From the NCBI GenBank assembly GCA_002345475.1, contig DDWC01000133.1:1-56739 (forward strand): 56,739 bases of DNA, read 5' to 3'. Each line of letters begins with the position of its first letter. The stretch's first letter is position 1. The position numbers and the translations under genes were made by a program. The notes below the pieces were generated by a model. That model did no database searches. It was not told where the DNA came from and was given only the letters and a program-made list of their open reading frames with translations. Positions 56,230 through 56,739 of this stretch are shown in pieces. The DNA is from Firmicutes bacterium UBA2296. GTDB lineage: Bacteria > Bacillota > UBA994.

Positions 56230-56739
56230 ATGACAACGATTAATGTGTGGAGTGGAGAATCCTTCCCCCTGGAAATGCACAAGGTGCGCATAGTTCAGAA
56301 GCTTGAACTGCAACCCATAGAACGACGTCATCAGGCCATTACGGAGGCCGGCAACAACACTTTCCTGCTAAAGAACCGCGACATTTTCCTCGATATGCTC
56401 ACCGACAGCGGTGTCAACGCCATGAGCGATGCGCAACAGGCCGCCATGATGCTGGCTGACGACAGCTATGCGGGCAGCGAAACCTACACTCGCCTGGAGG
56501 CTAAAATGTCTGAACTCTTTGGGTTCCCGTTCTTCCTGCCAGCGCATCAAGGCCGGGCTTGTGAGTTCATGCTGGCTAGCGTCCTTGTGCGTCCTGGTAC
56601 AATCGTGCCCATGAACGTACACTTCACCACCACCAAGGCCCATATCTCATTGAAGGGCGGCCACGTGGAGGAACTGCTGCTCTCAGATGCTCTCATGACT
56701 GAAAGCGATCCCCCCTTCAAGGGAAACATGGATACCGCA
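56230..56739 (+). CDS. tpl: Beta-eliminating lyase, tyrosine phenol-lyase-like (tryptophanase family), N-terminal fragment; the 3' end lies outside the window
   Basis: AGGAGGA RBS. EAGNNTFLL, LTDSGVNAMSD, SYAGSE and ELFGF..FLPAHQGR are closer to Citrobacter TPL than to E. coli TnaA. Open to the window end. Confidence 0.7.
   Translation, partial: MTTINVWSGESFPLEMHKVRIVQKLELQPIERRHQAITEAGNNTFLLKNRDIFLDMLTDSGVNAMSDAQQAAMMLADDSYAGSETYTRLEAKMSELFGFPFFLPAHQGRACEFMLASVLVRPGTIVPMNVHFTTTKAHISLKGGHVEELLLSDALMTESDPPFKGNMDTA

Noticed and set aside
1-56739. Mobile elements, prophage, or genomic-island boundaries.
   Set aside because: There are no transposase, integrase or recombinase genes, no tRNA attachment site, no long terminal inverted repeats, and no obvious compositional break. 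The window reads as core chromosome with accessory metabolic operons.

Overview
56.7 kb of chromosomal DNA, about 55% GC, dense coding with GGAGG-type RBSs. It looks like an anaerobic Firmicute of the Clostridia, Peptococcaceae-like; that placement is inference from gene content, a T-box leader and selenoprotein formate dehydrogenases. I saw no rRNA, tRNA, CRISPR array, transposase or integrase.

The centre of the window (10.3-24.6 kb) is a formate-metabolism island:
- mobA, tatA and fdhE.
- A Tat-exported selenocysteine (Sec) formate dehydrogenase (FDH), FdhA/FdhB, followed by RnfC-like and RnfD-like genes where a cytochrome b subunit would be expected.
- After a terminator: fdhD, NuoE-like, NuoF-like and a second, cytoplasmic Sec-FDH with a NuoG-like N-terminus.
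- Both apparently split fdhA ORFs are single genes read through in-frame UGA codons with fdhF-like SECIS hairpins.
- A diverged QueF-like T-fold gene, then a translationally coupled membrane/membrane/mini-GHKL-ATPase trio.

Other content:
- A TPR-HD-GYP protein divergent from a WYL regulator. The WYL gene overlaps an uncharacterised ligase resembling a glutathione-synthetase-like, circularly permuted ATP-grasp enzyme.
- A glycerophosphodiesterase plus MFS pair, DUF368, and M20 peptidases.
- Housekeeping genes: dnaE, pfkA, asnB, sfsA, ppnP, mtnN, alaX-like, ttcA-like, larA-like, ABC-F.
- An FNR-like regulator next to a thioredoxin-like/HMA/P1B-ATPase operon.
- An orphan surface-anchored family-5 solute-binding protein.
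- At the 3' edge, a T-box leader whose specifier reads UAC (Tyr), in front of a tyrosine phenol-lyase/tryptophanase-family gene.

Non-coding oddities:
- Heptamer tandem arrays that start exactly at the UAG stop codons of two minus-strand genes, giving UAG-N4 periodicity.
- Four ATGTGAT direct repeats in the promoter of a small secreted peptide.

All family calls come from reading motifs by eye; no database search was possible. Start codons are best guesses within a few codons.
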